This document shows positions 56,741 through 64,000 of a stretch of DNA of 64,000 nucleotides, in pieces. The stretch covers positions 31,372,001 to 31,436,000 of the forward strand of contig OZ024744.1 of assembly GCA_964016885.1 (NCBI GenBank). The letters run 5' to 3'. Under the pieces are notes generated by a model. It saw nothing but the letters and a program-made list of their open reading frames with translations, did no database searches and was not told the DNA's origin. The stretch is from Eledone cirrhosa. Lineage: Eukaryota. Numbering within the stretch: position 1 is the first letter of the stretch; each line of letters begins with the position of its first letter. A program made the translations under genes and the position numbers.

Positions 56741-58249
56741 GAGACATTGGTAAACCCAGTACTAACTAATGTCCTATGTCATGACCAACTGAGATGTTGG
56801 TAAACCCAGAACTAATTAATGTCCTATGCCATGGCCAACTGAGACGTTGGTAAATCCAGTACTAACTAATGTCCTCTCTCATGGACAACTGAGACGTTGG
56901 TAAATCCAGTACTAACTAATGTCCTCTGTCATGGCCAACTGAGATATTGCTGAACCCAGTATTATCTAATGTCCTATGTCATGACCAACTGAGACGTTGG
57001 TATACCCAGTACTAACGAATGTCCTCTGTCATGGCCAACTGAGACGTTGGTAAACCCAGTACTAACTAATGTCCTCTCTCATGGCCAACTGAGACGTTGG
57101 TAAACCCAGTACTACCTAATGTCCTATGTCATGGCCAACTGAGTCGTTGGTAAACCCAGTACTATCTAATTTCCTATGTCATGACCAACTGAGACGTTGG
57201 TAAACCCAGTACTAACTAATGTCCTCTGTCATGGCCAACTGAGACATTCGTAAACCCAGTACTAACTAATGTCCTCTGTTATGGCCAACTGAGAGATTGG
57301 TAAACCCAGTACTAACTAATGTCCTATGTCATGACCAACTGAGACATTGGTAAACCCAGTACTAACTAATGTCCTATGTCATTGCCAACTGAGACATTGG
57401 TAAACCCAGTACTAACTAATGACGTATGTCATGGCCAACTGAGACATTGGTAAACCCAGTACTAACTAATGTCCTATGTCATCGCCAACTGAGACGTTGG
57501 TAAACCCAGTACTAACTAATGTCCTATGTCATGACCAACTGAGACGTTGGTAAACCCAGTACTAACTAATGTCCTCTGTCATGGCCAACTTAGACGTAGG
57601 TAAACCCAGTACTAAGTAATGTCCTCTGTCATGGCCAACTGAGACGTTGGTAAACCCAGTACTAACTAATGTCCTCTGTCATTACCAACTGAGACGTAGG
57701 TAAACCCAGTACTAACTAATGTCCTCTGTCATGGCCAACTGAGACGTAGGTAAACCCAGTACTAACTATTGTCCTATGTCATGGCCAACTGAGACGTTGG
57801 TAAACCCAGTATTAACTAATGTCCTATGTCATGACCAACTGAGACATTGGTAAACCCAGTACTAACTAATGTCCTATGTCATGACCAACTGAGACGTTGG
57901 TAAACCCAGTACTAACTAACGTCTTATGTCATGGCCAACTGAGACGTTGGTAAACCCAGTACTACCTAATGTCCGCTGTCATGGCCAACTGAGACGTTGG
58001 TAAACACAGTACTAACTAATGTCCTATGTCATGGCCAACTGAGATGTTGGTAAACCCAGTACTAACTAATGTCCTCTGTCATGGCCAACTGAGACGTTGG
58101 TAAACCCAGTACTAACTAATGTCCTATGTCATGGCGAACTGAGACGTTGGTAAACCCAGAACTAACAAATGTCCTATGTCATGACCAACTGAGACGTTGG
58201 TAAACCCAGTACTAACTAATGTCCCCTGTCATGACAACTGAGAGATTGG

Positions 58250-61200
58250 TAAACCCAGTACTAACTAATGTCCTCTGTCATGGTCAACTGAGATGTTGGT
58301 AAACCCAGTACTAACTAATGTCCTCTGTCATGGCCAACTGAGATATTGCTGAACCCAGTATTATCTAATGTCCTATGTCATGACCAACTGAGACGTTGGT
58401 ATACCCAGTACTAACGAATGTCCTCTGTCATGGCCAACTGAGACGTTGGTAAACCCAGTACTAACTAATGTCCTCTGTCATGGCCAACTGAGACGTTGGT
58501 AAACCCAGTACTACCTAATGTCCTATGTCATGGCCAACTGAGTCGTTGGTAAACCCAGTACTATCTAATTTCCTATGTCATGACCAACTGAGACGTTGGT
58601 AAACGCAGTACTAACTAATGTCCTCTGTCATGGCCAACTGAGACATTCGTAAACCCAGTACTAACTAATGTCCTCTGTTATGGCCAACTGAGAGATTGGT
58701 AAACCCAGTACTAACTAATGTCCTATGTCATGACCAACTGAGACATTGGTAAACCCAGTACTAACTAATGTCCTATGTCATGGCCAACTGAGACGTTGGT
58801 AAACCCAGTATTAACTAATGTCCTATGTCATGACCAACTGAGACGTTGTTAAACCCAGTACTAACTAATGTCCTATGTCATGACCAACTGAGACGTAGGT
58901 AAATCCAGTACTAACTAATGTCCTATGTCATGACCAACTGAGACATTGGTAAACCCAGTACTAACTAATGTCCTATGTCATGACCAACTGAGACGTTGGT
59001 AAACCCAGTACTAACTAACGTCTTATGTCATGGCCAACTGAGACGTTGGTAAACCCAGTACTAACTAATGTCCTCTGTCATGGCCAACTGAGACGTTGGT
59101 AAACACAGTACTAACTAATGTCCTATGTCATGGCCAACTGAGATGTTGGTAAACCCAGTACTAAATAATGTCCTCTGTCATGGCCAACTGAGACGTTGGT
59201 AAACCCAGTACTAACTAATGTCCCCTGTCATGGCCAACTTAGACGTAGGTAAACCCAGTACTAACTAATGTCCTCTGTCATGGACAACTGAGACGTTGGT
59301 AAACCCAGTACTAACTAATGTCCTCTGTCATTACCAACTGAGACGTAGGTAAACCCAGTAATAACTCATGTCCTCTGTCATGGCCAACTGAGACGTACGT
59401 AAACCCAGTACTAACTAATGTCCTATGTCATGGCCAACTGAGACGTTGGTAAACCCAGTATTAACTAATGTTCTATGTCATGACCAACTGAGACGTTGGT
59501 AAACCCAGTATTAACTAATGTCCTATGTCATGGCCAACTGAGACGTTGGTAAACCCAGTACTAACTAATGTCCTATGTCATGGCCAACTGAGACGTTGGT
59601 AAACCCAGTATTAACTAATGTCCTATGTCATGGCCAACTGAGACATTGGTAAACCTAGTACTAACTAATGTCGTATGTCATGGCCAACTGAGACATTGGT
59701 GAACCCAGTACTAACTAATGTCCTATGTCATGGCCAATTGAGACGTTGGTAAACACAGTACTAACTAATGTACTCTCTCCTGGCCAACTGAGACGTTGGT
59801 AAACCCAGTACTAACTAATGTTCTCTGTCATGGCCAACTGAGACGTAGGTAAACCCAGTACTAACTAATGTCCTATGTCATGACCAACTGAGCAGTTGGT
59901 AAACCCAGTATTAACTAATGTCCTATGTCATGGCCAACTGAGACATTGGTAAACCCAGTACTATCTAATGTCCTCTGTCATGGCCAACTGAGAGATTGGT
60001 AAAGCCAGTACTAACTAATGTCCTATGTCATGGACAAATGAGACGTTGGTAAATCCAGTACTAACTAATGTCCTCTGTCATGGCCAACTGAGACATTCGT
60101 AAACCCAGTACTAACTAATGTCCTCTGTCATGGCCAACTGAGTCATTGGTATACCCAGTAATAACTAATGTCCTATGTCATGGCCAACTGAGACGATGGT
60201 AAACCCAGTACTAAATAATGTCCTCTGACATAGCCGACTGAGACATTCGTAAACCCAGTACTAACTAATGTCCTCTGTCATGGCCAACTGAGAGATTGGT
60301 AAACCCAGTACTAACTAATGTCCTATGTCATGACCAACTGAGACATTGGTAAACCCAGTATTATCTAATGTCCTATGTCATGACCAACTGGGACGTTGGT
60401 GTACCCAGTACTAACGAATGTCCTCTGTCATGGCCAACTGAGACATTGGTAAACCCAGTATAAACTAATGTCCTATGTCATGACCAACTGAGACGTTGGT
60501 AAACCCAGTACTAACTAACGCCCTATGTCATGGCCAACTGAGACGTTGGTAAACCCAGTACTAACAAATATCATATATCATGACCAACTGAGACGTTGGT
60601 AAACCCAGTACTAACTAATGTCCTCTGTCATGGTCAACTGAGATGTTGGTAAACCCACTACTAACTAATGTCCTCTGTCATGGCCAACTGAGATATTGCT
60701 GAACCCAGTATTATCTAATGTCCTATGTCATGACCAACTGAGACGTTGGTATACCCAGTACTAACGAATGTCCTCTGTCATGGCCAACTGAGACGTTGGT
60801 AAACCCAGTACTAACTAATGTCCTCTGTCATGGCCAACTGAGACGTTGGTAAACCCAGTACTAACTAATGTCCTATGTCATGGCGAACTGAGACATTGGT
60901 AAACCCAGTACTAACTAATGTCCTATGTCATGGCCAAATGAGACGTTGGTAAACCCAGTACTAACTAATGTCCTCTGTCATGGCCAACTGAGACATTGGT
61001 AAACCCAGTACTAACTAATGTCCTACGTCATGACCAACGTGAGACATTGGTAAACCCAGTACTAACTAATGTCCTATGTCATGGCCAACTGAGACGTTGG
61101 TAAATCCAGTACTAACTAATGTCCTCTCTCATGGCCAACTGAGACGTAGGTAAACCCAGTACTAACTAATGTCCTCTGTCATGGCCAACTGAGACGTTAG

Positions 61201-64000
61201 TAAACCCAGTATTAGCTAATGTCCTATGTCATGGCCAACTGAAACGTTGGTAAACCGAGTACTAACTAATGTCCTCTGTCATGGCCAACTGAGATTTGGT
61301 AAACCCAGTACTAACTAATGTCCTCTGTCATGGCCAACTGAGACATTGGTAAACCCAGTACAAACTAATGTCCTCTGTCATGGCCAACTGAGACATTGGT
61401 AAACCCAGTACTAACTAATGTCCTCTGTCATGGCCAACTGAGACGTTGGTAAACCCAGTACTAAATAATGTCCTATGTCATGGCCAACTGAGACGTTGGT
61501 AAACCCAGTACTAACAAATATCATATATCATGACCAACTGAGACGTTGGTAAACCCAGTACTAACTAATGTCCTCTGTCATGGCCAACTGAGACATTCGT
61601 AAACCCAGTACTAACTAATGTCCTCTGTCATGGCCAACTGAGAGATTGGTAAACCCAGTACTAACTAATGTCCTATGTCATGACCAACTGAGACATTGGT
61701 AAACCCAGTACGAACTAATGTCCTATGTCATGGCCAACTGAGACGTTGGTAAACACAGTACTAACTAATGTCCTCTGTCATGGCCAACGGAGACGTTGGT
61801 AAACCCAGTATTAACTAATGTCCTATGTCTTGGCCAACTGAGACGATGGTAAACCCAGTACTAAATAATGTCCTCTGTCATGGCCAACTGAGACATTGGT
61901 AAACCCAGTTCTAACTAATGTCCTATGTCATGGCCAACTGAGACGTTGGTAAACCCAGTACTAATTAATGTCCTCTCTCATGGCCAACTGAGACGTTGGT
62001 AAACCCAGTACTAACTAATGTCCTCTGTCATAGCCAACTGAGACGTAGGTAAACCCAGCACTAACTAATGTCCTCTGTCATGGCCAACTGAGACGTTGTT
62101 AAACCCAGTACTAACAAATGTCCTATGTCATGGCAAACTGAGATATTGCTAAACCCAGTGTTATCTAATGTCCTATGTCATGACCAACTGAGACGTTGGT
62201 ATACCCAGTACTAACGAATGTCCTCTGTCATGGCCAACTGAGACATTGGTAAACCCAGTATAAACTAATGACCTATGTTATGGCCAACTGAGACTTTAGT
62301 AAACCCAGTACTAACTAATGTCCTATGTCATGACCAACTGAGACATTGGTAAACCCAGTACTAACTAATGTCCTATGTCATGGCCAACTGAGACGTTGGT
62401 AAATCCAGTACTAACTAATGTCCTCTCTCATGACCAACTGAGACGTTGGTAAACCAAGTACTAACTAATGTTCTCTGTCATGGCCAACTGAGACGTAGGT
62501 AAACCCAGTACTAACTAATGTCCTCTGTCATGGCCAACTGAGACATTGGTAAACCCAGTACTAACTAATGTCCTATGTCATGACCAACTGAGATGTTGGT
62601 AAACCCAGAACTAACTAATGTCCTATGCCATGGCCAACTGAGACGTTGGTAAATCCAGTACTAACTAATGTCCTCTCTCATGGACAACTGAGACGTTGGT
62701 AAATCCAGTACTAACTAATGTCCTCTGTCATGGCCAACTGAGATATTGCTGAACCCAGTATTATCTAATGTCCTATGTCATGACCAACTGAGACGTTGGT
62801 ATACCCAGTACTAACGAATGTCCTCTGTCATGGCCAACTGAGACGTTGGTAAACCCAGTACTAACTAATGTCCTCTCTCATGGCCAACTGAGACGTTGGT
62901 AAACCCAGTACTACCTAATGTCCTATGTCATGGCCAACTGAGTCGTTGGTAAACCCAGTACTATCTAATTTCCTATGTCATGACCAACTGAGACGTTGGT
63001 AAACCCAGTACTAACTAATGTCCTCTGTCATGGCCAACTGAGACATTCGTAAACCCAGTACTAACTAATGTCCTCTGTTATGGCCAACTGAGAGATTGGT
63101 AAACCCAGTACTAACTAATGTCCTATGTCATGACCAACTGAGACATTGGTAAACCCAGTACTAACTAATGTCCTATGTCATTGCCAACTGAGACATTGGT
63201 AAACCCAGTACTAACTAATGACGTATGTCATGGCCAACTGAGACATTGGTAAACCCAGTACTAACTAATGTCCTATGTCATCGCCAACTGAGACGTTGGT
63301 AAACCCAGTACTAACTAATGTCCTATGTCATGACCAACTGAGACGTTGGTAAACCCAGTACTAACTAATGTCCTCTGTCATGGCCAACTTAGACGTAGGT
63401 AAACCCAGTACTAAGTAATGTCCTCTGTCATGGCCAACTGAGACGTTGGTAAACCCAGTACTAACTAATGTCCTCTGTCATTACCAACTGAGACGTAGGT
63501 AAACCCAGTACTAACTAATGTCCTCTGTCATGGCCAACTGAGACGTAGGTAAACCCAGTACTAACTAATGTCCTATGTCATGGCCAACTGAGACGTTGGT
63601 AAACCCAGTATTAACTAATGTCCTATGTCATGACCAACTGAGACATTGGTAAACCCAGTACTAACTAATGTCCTATGTCATGACCAACTGAGACGTTGGT
63701 AAACCCAGTACTAACTAACGTCTTATGTCATGGCCAACTGAGACGTTGGTAAACCCAGTACTACCTAATGTCCGCTGTCATGGCCAACTGAGACGTTGGT
63801 AAACACAGTACTAACTAATGTCCTATGTCATGGCCAACTGAGATGTTGGTAAACCCAGTACTAACTAATGTCCTCTGTCATGGCCAACTGAGACGTTGGT
63901 AAACCCAGTACTAACTAATGTCCTATGTCATGGCGAACTGAGACGTTGGTAAACCCAGAACTAACAAATGTCCTATGTCATGACCAACTGAGACGTTGGT
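58250..64000. repeat. Large duplicate of ~51000-58200 carrying only one copy of the 1701-bp unit
   Basis: Offset 7451 in the left part (GCAGTTGG 52441/59892; CCAACGTG 53583/61034). Offset 5750-5799 in the right part (CCAACGTG 55284/61034; GACGTATG 57421/63220; ACTAAGTAAT 57611/63410). Confidence 0.88.

Larger units (their letters stand above)
1..64000. repeat. Satellite DNA array: ~1280 head-to-tail copies of a 50-bp monomer, truncated by both window edges
   Basis: CCAACTGAGA recurs at 1, 51, 101 (variant), 151 ... and last at 63984 (=1+1280x50-17). Most monomers differ from consensus at 0-3 positions, with common polymorphisms at monomer positions 12 (G/A), 42 (A/C) and 50 (G/A). No non-repeat sequence or orientation switch seen. 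Confidence 0.99.

Noticed and set aside
1-64000. CRISPR array
   Set aside because: Monomers abut directly with no unique spacers; variation is scattered point mutation; no cas genes or leader.
1-64000. Repetitive protein-coding ORF on either strand
   Set aside because: The 50-bp period is not a multiple of 3. On + the stops TGA(6), TAA(17, 29, 33) close two frames per monomer and the open frame shifts into a stop in the next monomer. On - the stops (CTA 28, CTA 32, TCA 45 read on +) close all three frames in each consensus monomer.
1-64000. A single fixed-period higher-order repeat
   Set aside because: Marker spacings vary (for the AAATATC monomer: 2748, 2000, 2400, 2450, then long gaps), so no constant period fits.
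1-64000. Synthetic construct or sequencing concatemer (BsmBI, ScaI and MscI sites in the monomer)
   Set aside because: Variants and indels are inherited hierarchically in blocks, as expected from natural array evolution and not from random read error or designed repeats; a few 6-bp sites in 50 bp are unremarkable.
1-64000. Variant pattern at positions 12/42/50 as an information-bearing code or diversity cassette system
   Set aside because: The pattern is adequately explained by block duplication of old polymorphisms; no recombinase, reverse transcriptase or expression locus is present in the window.
1-64000. tRNA, rRNA/5S, snRNA or spliced-leader tandem genes
   Set aside because: The unit is too short and I recognise no cloverleaf, Pol III A/B boxes, Sm site or rRNA similarity.

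Overview
The whole 64 kb window is one uninterrupted head-to-tail tandem array (satellite DNA) of a 50-bp monomer. The consensus is CCAACTGAGAC(G/A)TTGGTAAACCCAGTACTAACTAATGTCCT(A/C)TGTCATG(G/A), about 44-46% GC. Tracking the repeat phase gives 1280 complete monomers plus a 17-bp partial one, with 22 phase-shifting indels (net -17 bp). I saw no genes, RNA genes, CRISPR spacers, transposon insertions or inversions, and the array runs off both window ends. The interest lies in internal organisation: diagnostic variant monomers recur in conserved order and reveal nested, variable-length kb-scale duplications (1099, 1701, 2047, 2300, 2450, 2748, 3298, 3649, ~5750-7450 bp) and regional subfamilies rather than one fixed higher-order repeat. 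The monomer also shows CpG-decay alleles, competing hairpins, a TACTAAC motif and a degenerate hammerhead-like motif order; functional readings of these are speculative. I cannot identify the organism or the satellite family from sequence alone. Block boundaries are read by eye and are approximate (about one or two monomers).
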